From contig JBMFRC010000011.1 of the NCBI GenBank assembly GCA_049968235.1, positions 1 through 64,000 on the forward strand: a stretch of DNA of 64,000 nucleotides. Reading direction: 5' to 3'. The notes beneath the pieces were generated by a model that saw only the letters and a program-made list of their open reading frames with translations, had not been told where the DNA came from and searched no databases. The stretch comes from Candidatus Hydrogenedens sp. Lineage in GTDB: Bacteria; Hydrogenedentota; Hydrogenedentia; Hydrogenedentales; Hydrogenedentaceae. Positions 47,426 to 57,400 of this stretch are shown here, piece after piece (position 1 is the first letter of the stretch; each line of letters begins with the position of its first letter). The position numbers and the translations under genes were made by a program.

Positions 47426-48011
47426 ATGGTTGCAGTAAATTCTGTTATGTTACCTTTAGGAACTGAAACACCGGATTTTTGTTTAAAAGATATAACAGGC
47501 AAAATGGTACAAAGAGATAATTTTCGAGGACAAAAAGGTCTTCTTGTTATGTTTATATGTAATCATTGTCCATTTGTAAAACATATTCAAAATGAATTGG
47601 TAAAACTGACCAATGAATACCAGTCTAAAGGAATAGGCATTGTCGGAATAAATTCTAATAATACAGAAAAGTATCCCGAAGACTCTCTGGAAATGATGAA
47701 GGAGGAAGTTGTAAAAGCAGGATATACTTTCCCCTATTTGTATGATGAAACACAAGAAGTAGCAAAAAAATACAAAGCAGCATGTACGCCTGATTTTTTT
47801 TTTATTTGATGGAAACTTTAAATTGGTATATCGGGGTCAGTTCGATGATTCACGCCCGGGCAATAACAAACCCGTAGATGGCAAAGATTTGAGAAATGCA
47901 TTAGATTGTTTACTGGAAGGAAAACCTTTACCGGAACACCAAAAACCCAGTATGGGATGCAATATTAAATGGAAACCGGGAAATGAACCCGAATACTTTT
48001 TGAATCGGTAA
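47426..48011 (+). CDS. Thioredoxin-fold (AhpC/TSA-like) thiol-disulfide oxidoreductase. It is interrupted by an apparent +1 frameshift in a T10 run (47794-47803).
   Basis: Part 1 reads ...FICNHCPFVKHIQNEL...AACTPDFFFI*. Part 2 reads MVYRGQFDDSRPGNNKPVDG...GCNIKW. With T10 reduced to T9 the read-through gives ...CTPDFFLFDGNFKLVYRGQFDD..., one continuous thioredoxin-like protein with the CxxC motif CNHC. Confidence 0.65.
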
Positions 48012-48123
48012 TTTATTAATCCTTTACCAAAATTTTAAAAACTCATAGTTGATATTTTTATAATTGCTTCCTTTTTATAGTATATTTTATTAGTTAACAC
48101 CTTAAAATTAAAAGGAAGCTTTT

Positions 48124-48582
48124 ATGGAAAATAAAAGGGATACATTACCCTCAGGGGATTCTTTTCTTTATTTATTCAAATTGTCCATGAGAATTCTTGC
48201 CTTTGCCTATTTTTTAGGTGCCTTGTTTTTTTTCTTCATACCGGATGGTGTCAATTATATCCTCAATTTTCTTCCTATCTTTTTGAAAGTACTACAACCT
48301 TTACCTGAAAAAAATACCGATTATTTTTGGTTACCTCTGGTGGGTTCCCTTATGCTGGTATTGACCTATATTGCTTATCAATCATCCAAAGACCCACAAA
48401 ATAAAATTCTCCTAAATGTTCACATCTTATCAAAATTTATCTCATCAGCAGGCTATCTCTTTCTATTTTTATCTGATAAACTTATTTTTGGATATTTAGT
48501 GGGTTGTGTATTGGATTTTGCTATTTGTATTTATGTTTTTTATCTAAAAATGAAAATCCATCGATTAAATAGTTCTTTGTAA
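48124..48582 (+). CDS. Small integral membrane protein (about 4 TM helices), hypothetical.
   Basis: 152-aa ORF with an AAAGGAAG ribosome-binding site. Hydrophobic helices (ILAFAYFLGALFFFFI; WLPLVGSLMLVLTYIAY; GYLFLFLSDKLIFGYLVGCVLDFAICIYVFY). Confidence 0.45.
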   Translation: MENKRDTLPSGDSFLYLFKLSMRILAFAYFLGALFFFFIPDGVNYILNFLPIFLKVLQPLPEKNTDYFWLPLVGSLMLVLTYIAYQSSKDPQNKILLNVHILSKFISSAGYLFLFLSDKLIFGYLVGCVLDFAICIYVFYLKMKIHRLNSSL

Positions 48583-48589
48583 TATCATT

Positions 48590-49624
48590 ATGAGATTCCC
48601 TTACCGAATAACAAATGAATCCTTTTTACTTCCTTATTACAAGAATAATGCTTATGAAGTTTGGTATTGGAAACTGAATCCTGTTGAGCAAGACTGGTCG
48701 TTTTGGTTTCGTTTCACATTATTAAAAAATGCTACAAAAAATGTAGCGGAAATATGGGGGATTTTTTCAAAAAAAGAAATTCAAGAAGGTAATTCAAAAG
48801 CATTAAATATAGCCATAAAGGAAACCTTTCCTATAGAAGAATGTTATTCTTCATCAGATAATAGCATCACTTTACATGATAATTATGTAAATTTTCATTC
48901 CTGTCATGGACAAATAAAGGGGAACAATGAACAACTTGTTTGGGATTTAAGTCTTATGCCTGTAGAGCCACAGGAATCTTATAATTTTGTTCCCTTTCTA
49001 TTGTGGGAAACAGGAATTGTAAAAAACTATGCAGTAACAATTCATGAAAAAATTCTTTTTAATGGAACTATTCGGGCAAATCAGGAAACCTTGCAGGTAA
49101 ATAATGCTTTGGGAATGCAAGGACATCTTGCTGGATTAAAACAAGGACACTCATGGGCGTGGGCTCATAGTTGTATTTTTGTTGATGAGGATAATGGAGA
49201 ATCTGTTCCTATAATCATTGATATTTTAACAGCCCGTGCTCGGATTGGAGGAATAATAGTCTCACCACCACTTACAACATTATATCTGTATTATGAAGGG
49301 AAATCTTACCCATTAAACTCTATACAATATACAACAAAGAATAAATCAAAATATATTCCTTTATTCTGGGAATTCAGCACATCTACAGATAACATTCAAC
49401 TTTATGCTTCAATTGAAGCAGATATATCAACGGTTGTTGGAGTAAAATATGAAGATACAGATAGTAGTGAATTATATTGTTATAACACCAAAATGGCGAC
49501 TATGAAACTCATTATTTATGATAAAGAAGTTAATAAGAAACGGAAATTTATCAGTCTCAATAAGTGTGCCTTTGAATGGGTGCAACGAGAACTCTGGGAA
49601 AAAGTTCCTATTTCAATTTGGTAA
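48590..49624 (+). CDS. Hypothetical protein (344 aa), Trp-rich, unknown fold. It may be co-transcribed with the downstream small membrane protein and the GMC oxidoreductase.
   Basis: Long ORF in an operon-like arrangement with an 8-nt gap to the upstream gene. Motifs WYWKLNPVEQDWSFWFRF and GHLAGLKQGHSWAWAHSC. No family recognised. Confidence 0.5.
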   Translation: MRFPYRITNESFLLPYYKNNAYEVWYWKLNPVEQDWSFWFRFTLLKNATKNVAEIWGIFSKKEIQEGNSKALNIAIKETFPIEECYSSSDNSITLHDNYVNFHSCHGQIKGNNEQLVWDLSLMPVEPQESYNFVPFLLWETGIVKNYAVTIHEKILFNGTIRANQETLQVNNALGMQGHLAGLKQGHSWAWAHSCIFVDEDNGESVPIIIDILTARARIGGIIVSPPLTTLYLYYEGKSYPLNSIQYTTKNKSKYIPLFWEFSTSTDNIQLYASIEADISTVVGVKYEDTDSSELYCYNTKMATMKLIIYDKEVNKKRKFISLNKCAFEWVQRELWEKVPISIW

Positions 49625-49632
49625 AGAATATT

Positions 49633-50061
49633 ATGCAATCATTTATTAAAAAAAATAGTTATGCTATTTTAACCACATTACTTAATGACGATTCTTATTG
49701 GATTGAAAATGTTTCAATGGATGCATTCTGGGTAGAATTTAAAAAGACTCTGGATTCTTTACCTAAATTAAATCGTCTGGGTCTTGTATTTGCTTTCATT
49801 TTGATTTCGATAATCCCTCCTCCCTATTCTTTTTTTTCCCTTATGTATAATTCACAGTTCCCCCTAAGAAAAAAGTGGCTCGAGTCGTGGGAACAATCAA
49901 AATGGTTATGGAGAAAATCGTTGTTTTTAGGAATACGCATTTTAATTATCGGGAGTGCACTTCAACTTCCTCAAACAATGATACATACGAATTATCAGGA
50001 ATTATTATCAGAAAGAGAAAAGCATTCTTGTTTAAAGATAAGACAGATAACCGATGAATGA
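49633..50061 (+). CDS. Small membrane-associated hypothetical protein.
   Basis: The ATG at 49633 avoids overlap with the upstream gene. Hydrophobic helix LGLVFAFILISIIPPPYSFFSLMY. The stop TGA overlaps the start of the next gene (ATGAATGA). Confidence 0.4.
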   Translation: MQSFIKKNSYAILTTLLNDDSYWIENVSMDAFWVEFKKTLDSLPKLNRLGLVFAFILISIIPPPYSFFSLMYNSQFPLRKKWLESWEQSKWLWRKSLFLGIRILIIGSALQLPQTMIHTNYQELLSEREKHSCLKIRQITDE

Positions 50062-51598
50062 GTATTTATTTGATATTTATAATCGTCCTAATGTGGTTAA
50101 TTTAGTTACAGATGAAACCTCAAATTTAACGAACTCCATTTTTGACTTTATTGTTATTGGCAGTGGAGCAGGTGGAGCGGTCCTTTCAAAAGAACTTACA
50201 GAACAAGGAGCCAAAGTAGCACTTATTGAAGAAGGTTCCATTCCCTTTCCATGGGCGACATCTGCTTTTCGCTCTTTACTTAAACTTTATAGAGATAATG
50301 GATTTACAGGTACTATTGGAAAGCCCATGATACCCATTCCTCTGGGTCGCTGTGTGGGGGGAACCACAGTTATTAATTCGGGGACCTGTTTTCGTGTTCC
50401 ACAAAAGGTATTAAATTTGTGGGAGTCGGAATTTGGTCTGGCAGAAGTAACTAATGAAAATTTACAGGACTGTTTTACGAAAGTAGAAAGGGAGATACAT
50501 GTTGAGGATGCGGACTGGAATGTAATGAATAAATCTAGCGACTTTATACGAAAGATATTTACCCGGAGAAATTTACCCTGTCTCCCCTTGCGACGGAACA
50601 CATACAATTGTCAGGGATGTGGTATGTGCTGTTATGGTTGCACATCAGGTGCCAAAAAAAGTATGGAAATTTCATACATTCCTAAATCTATCCAGGCAGG
50701 ATTGTTTTTATTCTATAATGCACGGGCAAAACGCATCCTTTTATCCGATAGGAAAACAGGAAAAGGTGTTTTAGTTGATGTGGTTCATCCAACAACACAC
50801 AAGGTAATCAAGGAGATTGAGATAAAGGGAGAAAAAATAATAGTTGCGTGTGGGACAATGTTATCTCCTCTATTACTGAAAAGGAGTGGTATTGCTATTG
50901 ACAATCCTAACTTAGGAGCACATTTGACAATACATCCTGCAAGTAAAATATCTATTGAACTCGAAGGAGATGTTTCGTCGTGGGTAGGAATACCTCAGGG
51001 ATGCTATAGCACAGCACTCGAAGATGAAGGGATTATTTTTGAAGGTGTATCAATGCCTCCTGATTTAGGTCCTTCTGCCGTTCCTTTTTCAGGTAGTGAA
51101 TTAATTCATTATTGGAAGAACTATAAAAATATCGCAACTTTTGGTTTTATGATAAAAGATAGCAATGAAGGTTCATTGAGTTTTAATATAAAAAACCAAC
51201 CCATCTATTCTTACCAATTAACAAATACAGATGTCCAAAAGTTAAAAAGAGCCATCACTTTTCTGGCGGAGTTGGCTCTGGAAGAGAATCCCATTCAGAT
51301 TTTTGCTATGGTAACAAAACAACCCAATATAATAAAGAATAGAGATGATTTGAATATATTTATAAAACAAGAACATGCACCATCCGATTTTGAATGTATG
51401 GCATTTCATCCCTTAGGGACCTGCCGATTATCTGAAACACCTGAAAAGGGGGTCTGTGATTCCAATCATCGGGTATTTGGCATGAACAATATTTTTGTAT
51501 GTGATGGAAGTTCAATTCCTACCTCACTTGGAGTGAACCCTCAATTAACCATTATGGCATTAGCAACACGCTTAGCCCAGATACTTAAAACCTTTTAA
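50054..51598 (+). CDS. GMC-family FAD-dependent oxidoreductase (choline/glucose dehydrogenase-like).
   Basis: N-terminal FAD-binding motif DFIVIGSGAGGAVLSKELTEQGAKVALIEEG. Length is 514 aa. The C-terminal GMC-type region is FHPLGTCRL...VFGMNNIFVCDGSSIP. The start overlaps the upstream stop, which indicates translational coupling. Confidence 0.85.
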   Translation: MNEYLFDIYNRPNVVNLVTDETSNLTNSIFDFIVIGSGAGGAVLSKELTEQGAKVALIEEGSIPFPWATSAFRSLLKLYRDNGFTGTIGKPMIPIPLGRCVGGTTVINSGTCFRVPQKVLNLWESEFGLAEVTNENLQDCFTKVEREIHVEDADWNVMNKSSDFIRKIFTRRNLPCLPLRRNTYNCQGCGMCCYGCTSGAKKSMEISYIPKSIQAGLFLFYNARAKRILLSDRKTGKGVLVDVVHPTTHKVIKEIEIKGEKIIVACGTMLSPLLLKRSGIAIDNPNLGAHLTIHPASKISIELEGDVSSWVGIPQGCYSTALEDEGIIFEGVSMPPDLGPSAVPFSGSELIHYWKNYKNIATFGFMIKDSNEGSLSFNIKNQPIYSYQLTNTDVQKLKRAITFLAELALEENPIQIFAMVTKQPNIIKNRDDLNIFIKQEHAPSDFECMAFHPLGTCRLSETPEKGVCDSNHRVFGMNNIFVCDGSSIPTSLGVNPQLTIMALATRLAQILKTF

Positions 51599-51608
51599 TT
51601 ATTTTCAA

Positions 51609-54305
51609 CTAGTTCGGATGAAGCGTAAAGGAATCAATCCAGATATTTACATTATTAAGGGTACATGGGTCAATACGAATTGCCTTAATTTTTCCGTTCC
51701 AATTAGGATGGTCCCGTAAATTAAAGGTATAGGTATAATAACCTCCATCTACACGAATAGGTATTGTAATGGAGTTTTCCTCATTGAATTGTAACCCTTT
51801 TGATGACCAATATAACTGTGCTTTATTTTCCATTGGTGCTGGATTTTCTACACGCAATCGTAAAGTGGCTCTTGGAAATTGATTTGCATTAATACCTTTT
51901 GTACCATAGTAAAAGAAATAAATAGATGGGTCATCTGTATTCGTTCTACCTGTAAGACTTCCTTCCTCTACTTTTATATCATTCATACCTCTGAATACCT
52001 TCCATCCTGATAATGATTCATGGAAGTCCCATGATGTCTCAAAAGCAGGGACAGGAAAGTCATACGGTCCCAATCCTATGTCATCGGGAGAAATATTAAC
52101 AGGCAATGGTTGTGTATTGGATGAGACAAAAACATTGCGAATGGCTTCATACATTGTAAATCCAAATTCTGTATTAGGCTCGATATAACTACCTTCTCCC
52201 CATTCGTTTAATGGGCCTAAAATAATTATTGGTATTTTTTTCTCTTCCGCAAAATCACGAGCGGACAATAACATTGTCTTGAACAGTTCTGAAGTCCTTC
52301 CCTCAATAACCAATGCCTTGGAACCATGCCAGGGACGCGAATCCCAACCTGTTTCTACAATGGGATAATAAGTCATTCCTTCACATAAAGCGCTTTTCTC
52401 CATCCAAACAGTTGGTATTGTAGAAACAACATCTTCATATTTAGCACGGTTAGGGATTTGGCTCATATAAACTGCTTTATAAAATTCATGGTAATTTGTA
52501 AACGATGAATAACCTTCGTTTTTTAATGTTTGCAACTCAGAGGCAGATTGATTGTTGTTTATCGCCATAAATTCAATACCTTCGTAGCCTGCTTCTTTAG
52601 CCCATTGCTGGGATTTTTCTAACAATGCCTTTACTGCTTCGGAACTACCTAAATCATGGCGAATATTCTCCGGGGACCAGATGCACACAAGTGGTTTATT
52701 ATTAACCCTATAATAAGATGGTAAATTAAAATAGTTATCTATCCATTCTCTATTTACCTTTTCCCAGTCTTCGGCAGAGTGGGTATTGGGAGGATTATGG
52801 TTTGCCCACATAATTGCTACTTTCAAATAATCTCTATACTTTGCTTTGCGATAGGCTTCGAACCAATGAGTTAAGGATTGTTTTCCCGCAACCCAATACC
52901 AATCAACAAGGAAACATTTAATTCCATTCTCTACAGCCCATTTAATCTGCCAATCCACACACTCCGGATTTCCTTCATTATAATAACCCAAAATAGGTTT
53001 TCTTATGGGAGCTGTTGTTTGAATACAATCCCATTTTTCGAGAGTATCCCAACCTGGGAAATAAAACGCACATATATCTATTTTAGTTTTAATTGGTTTC
53101 GGTTCAGGGACATATTCTGCGGATATTTTTCTAATTTCAGGTAATACCTGTAATTCTCCGGTATTGATAGTTAATACAGTTCCTTTGGATAAAGGTATAA
53201 CCTCTATGGGATAGATGCCTGATTTTTCTGGAGTAACTTTCCAGTAAACATCTATGAAATCATCATATTCAATTTCATACGGAGGCTCGGGAATGGGTCC
53301 TTTTTCTATTCTTAAAGAACCCGGATGATTAAATTTTAGATTATCAATACGGGCAACACTACCTCCCTGATTGGAAAGTCGTAATAAAACAGGGACTTCT
53401 CTACCCGCTCGTATACCACCTTGAGCAGAACCGAAATAAGAGACTACGACTTCAGGTTTGTTCAGTGGTTCTTCCCCAATAGACAGAGAATTTATTTTTA
53501 TATTTGAACCATCGTGAATATAAAATCCTAAGGCAAGAATGGGTTCTTTCCATGTAGAATATTGAGACATGTCAATAACACTAACATGCATTTTGTTATC
53601 AGTAACCAATGGTAGAGAAATCGTTTGAGGTCCTAAAATATCCTGACTTGCCCAAATAAAATCTATTGAATTAGCACTTTTACTTGCAGAATACTCAATT
53701 GAAAGATATTTTCTCTTTCCAATAAGCAATGATATAGGTTTAAAGAAATAATAGGGGCTATTTTCTGAATCAATTTTCCATGAGGAGATATCCCCTTCGG
53801 GGAATTGCCACTCGTAAACATCTGTAACAGGGGGTTCCCCTTTATCCCATGTTTTTACAGAAATTTTCTCTAATTCAAATTCCAGAGCATCACACAAATC
53901 CAATCGTATTTTAATAATTTTCCCCTCTTTATGCCAGAATGGAAAAACATAAATATCCTGCCAATCATTCTTTTCTTCAAAACTAAAATTGACAGATTTA
54001 TCTCCCGATAGCCCTCCGTATTGTCCTTCATTTGTTCCGGACCAAAATATCTGCCCCATACCTCCATGGTTTGTTTTCATACGAATATGTATGTATTGAT
54101 AGGGAGTTGGAACAAATTCAATTCCTTTGCATAAAAGAAAAGGGTCTGTACCTTGTGTTCTACCCTGCAATTTTCCACCTTCTATTTTTACATCCTGTAT
54201 CTGTCCATTCGGAACCCATTTCTGTAATACTTCGGGATTATCAAATGTCCATTCAGGAAGTTGACAATTTAGGAAATATAGGATAACTAAGGAAGTTAAT
54301 AACAT
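51609..54305 (-). CDS. Secreted multi-domain glycoside-hydrolase-like protein (898 aa). It has a TIM-barrel-like core flanked by beta-sandwich domains. The family is undetermined.
   Basis: N-terminal hydrophobic leader. The central region AFYFPGWDTLEKWDCIQ...ILGYYNEGNPECVDWQIKWAVENGIKCFLVDWYWVAGK...AIMWANHNPP is reminiscent of glycosyl-hydrolase-like TIM-barrel DUFs. I could not place it in a CAZy family. Confidence 0.5.
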   Translation of the reverse strand: MLLTSLVILYFLNCQLPEWTFDNPEVLQKWVPNGQIQDVKIEGGKLQGRTQGTDPFLLCKGIEFVPTPYQYIHIRMKTNHGGMGQIFWSGTNEGQYGGLSGDKSVNFSFEEKNDWQDIYVFPFWHKEGKIIKIRLDLCDALEFELEKISVKTWDKGEPPVTDVYEWQFPEGDISSWKIDSENSPYYFFKPISLLIGKRKYLSIEYSASKSANSIDFIWASQDILGPQTISLPLVTDNKMHVSVIDMSQYSTWKEPILALGFYIHDGSNIKINSLSIGEEPLNKPEVVVSYFGSAQGGIRAGREVPVLLRLSNQGGSVARIDNLKFNHPGSLRIEKGPIPEPPYEIEYDDFIDVYWKVTPEKSGIYPIEVIPLSKGTVLTINTGELQVLPEIRKISAEYVPEPKPIKTKIDICAFYFPGWDTLEKWDCIQTTAPIRKPILGYYNEGNPECVDWQIKWAVENGIKCFLVDWYWVAGKQSLTHWFEAYRKAKYRDYLKVAIMWANHNPPNTHSAEDWEKVNREWIDNYFNLPSYYRVNNKPLVCIWSPENIRHDLGSSEAVKALLEKSQQWAKEAGYEGIEFMAINNNQSASELQTLKNEGYSSFTNYHEFYKAVYMSQIPNRAKYEDVVSTIPTVWMEKSALCEGMTYYPIVETGWDSRPWHGSKALVIEGRTSELFKTMLLSARDFAEEKKIPIIILGPLNEWGEGSYIEPNTEFGFTMYEAIRNVFVSSNTQPLPVNISPDDIGLGPYDFPVPAFETSWDFHESLSGWKVFRGMNDIKVEEGSLTGRTNTDDPSIYFFYYGTKGINANQFPRATLRLRVENPAPMENKAQLYWSSKGLQFNEENSITIPIRVDGGYYTYTFNLRDHPNWNGKIKAIRIDPCTLNNVNIWIDSFTLHPN

Positions 54306-54393
54306 ACAATTATTCCACTCCTATAAAATGAAGGGATTGTTAAATAGATTCGCAAATAAAAGATAAAATTGGGTAAATTATATCATAAAAGAA

Positions 54394-54429
54394 TATACCC
54401 GCCGAAATTATCAAATCTCGGCGGGTATA
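54394..54429 (-). terminator. Intrinsic terminator downstream of the EF-hand/PEG giant gene.
   Basis: A 12-bp perfect stem (TATACCCGCCGA ... TCGGCGGGTATA) with a 12-nt loop. On the minus-strand transcript it is followed by a U-rich tract (the complement of AAAAGAA). Confidence 0.65.
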
Positions 54430-54455
54430 AAACTATGTGTGAAGATTTCTAACTC

Positions 54456-57400
54456 TTACTTAAGCCCACCACAATAACCATCCTCTTCTTCAGGACATAT
54501 TCTGTAACCACCCATGTTAAAGAACTGTATTAACCGCAATAATTCATTAAGGCCAATACGCCAATCTTGTGGAGCATAATCGCTGGTATGCGGTGGACAA
54601 TTGTGGAATGAATCATTTCTTCCAGGGGCATATCCATCTTCTGTCGAACCTTCACAATGATACCCAAAGGAGTTAAATAGTTGAATAACGCGAAGTAGTT
54701 CTCCTATTTCAAATTTCCAATTAAAGTTTCTATCCGCAGAATGTATTCCATGTGGGATTTCTCCTTCTGGCGTGCCTTCCGCAACACCTTCGGGTATGCC
54801 CTCTGGTGTCCCTTCTACAATACCTTCTGGCTGTCCCTCGGGTATGCCTTCTGGCGTGCCTTCCACAACACCTTCGGGTATGCCCTCTGGGGTTCCTTCA
54901 ACGATACCTTCCGGTGTCCCTTCTACAACACCTTCTGGCTGTCCCTCGAGGACACCTTCGGCTGTACCTTCTAAGACACCTTCCGGTGTCCCTTCCGCAA
55001 CGCCTTCGGGTTGTCCTTCCGGTATCCCTTCTGCAACACCTTCCGGTTGTCCTTCGGGTGTGCCTTCAACGACGCCTTCTGGGGTACCTTCTACGATACC
55101 CTCCGGTTGTCCTTCGGGTATGCCTTCGGGAGAGCCTTCTACTGTTCCTTCACCTTCAGGAGAAGGTAAGAAATCGGAGCAGTCAAGAACGCCATTATCA
55201 TTCTTATCTGCAACATCAAACTGGTCTTGTGTAATTTTTGAACTCAAAGCACGCACTTCCGTTAGAGTTAATTCATTATCACCATTCGAATCGAGTTTGG
55301 GTAGCAAATTAAATATGGAACTTACTGCTGTAAATTCTTCAAAAGTTAATTGATTATCCCTGTTCTTATCTACCAGATACCATACGCCAGCAATAATTAT
55401 ATCACTCCAACCTGTCAGGGATTTAAATTCGCTTTTTGATAACAAACCATCGCCATTGGTATCTCCAAATAGGAGCATAATCAGGAAATAATGTTCAATA
55501 TCATCAATATCACAGGTAGGAGGTTCCCCTTCTATAACACCTTCCGGGATGCCTTCAGGAGTACCCTCAACTATACCTTCACCTTCAGGTATACCTTCAG
55601 GAATACCCTCTTGTGTCCCCTCTGGTGTACCTTCCGGGGTGCCTTCCGGGGTGCCTTCAGGTGTTCCCTCTGGTGTGCCTTCCGGGGTACCTTCAACTAC
55701 ACCTTCGCCTTCAGGCAATACAAAGTCATTGCAATCAAGAACACCGTTTTGATTTAAATCCACTGCATTTAACTGGTCCATAGTTATATTGGAATTCAGG
55801 TTTTGCAATTCTATAAGCGTAAGGGCACCATCGTTATTTCCATCTAATCCTGGCAACAGGTTATACAACCACTCCACCTTAGAGAACTCTTCAAGAGATA
55901 ACTGATTATCTCCATTCGTATCAACGGCACTCCATAATAATAGGACAGTATCACTCCAACCTGTAATGGCTTTAAGTTCTTCTTTAGATAATAATCCATT
56001 CCCATCTGTGTCGCCGAACATAATCAAGATATAGTAGTAATGTGTAATATCATCAATATCACAGGGTGGTTCACCTTCAAAAGTCCCCGGACAAGGTGGA
56101 CAACCACCACCGTTCAGGGTCTGATTAATATCCAGTGCAGAAAGAATAAAGGTATCTATATCCGTAGGTGCAAATACATAGGCTTTATACTCACCTATAT
56201 TACAGACTTCATCAAAATCCGGGTCACCGGCGGAAGCAAGGTATTGTCCTGCGGTTAAATCATATCCGTTTAATGTGAATGTGCCCCAGAACATTAATGT
56301 ATCAATCACATTCACAATAGAATTGATAAACGATTGTTCACCTGTAGTAAGGACCCCAGCAACAACATTGATAAATGTTGTGTTCGAGAAAATCGTGCTT
56401 AATAATGGAATAGAATCCCATTTGCTTTGAGCCACAACACGATTATTCATATATGCGTTTTTCACACAGCAGAAAATAGGCAATTCCGGATGTGCAAGAA
56501 TATAATCTAACAATCTTGCCTGTGCAACATCATACATACCATTACCATCTATATCCGCTGTATCGGGATTTACGCTAAGGAAAGAAGCAATGCCATATAA
56601 ACTGCGTAATGCTGTTTCAAACCCCGCATTTACTGCAGTTTGATTGCAGTTATCCCAGCACCATTCAGCATAACAAGATTCTGGAAGTGGACCCATAATA
56701 TCGATGCAGTCGAGATAGCCATTGCCATCAATATCATGTTGATTAAATTGGTCTTGTGTAATTTTGGAACTCAATTGCCTTATTTCAGTTAAAGTTACCT
56801 GATTGTCGCCATTCGAATCGAGGTTTGCAGGTAAAAGTCCACCCAAACGATTGCTGGCTACAAATTCGTCAAAGGACATAAAACCATCACCGTTTTTATC
56901 AATTATCCACCATCCTAAATCTAAAAGGAACCCTGTTACAAAGGCTTTTAATTCATTTTTTGTTAACTTACCATCACCATTTGTATCACCAAACATTATT
57001 AACAATGCGAAATAGTTTTCATCAGAACGCATATTACAGGGAGGTGGACCTCCACCTTCGCCTTCACCTTCAACGGTTCCTTCTGCCCCACATGCGGGAC
57101 AACCACCATAATAATCTGTAATACTACTATTAATAGCCGCATTCACAAATGCATCAAAGTCCGCAGGTGTGTTCACAACCCATGCTTTGTATTCACCAAT
57201 ATTGCAGACACCGTCCAAATCCGCATCACCTTTGGCATTCAGATAAACAATATTTGAGCCATCCAATTCTAATAAGGAAAGGTCGGGTAAGTTAGGAATT
57301 ATCCAATTCAACGCTGATAGAATAGTATTAATAATTGCTGTGTTCCCCATTGTTGCCAGTGCTGCGAAGAAGGTTTTCATACCTTCAAGGTCTGGTGGCG

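Noticed and set aside
54741-55757. Plus-strand ORFs (54741..54974, 54752..55234, 54772..55353, 55491..55757) and 15551..15895 / 15588..15845 with Pro/Ser/Gly-rich or Leu-rich translations.
   Set aside because: These are alternative-frame readings of the PEG tandem-repeat DNA inside the real minus-strand genes. They are low-complexity artefacts.
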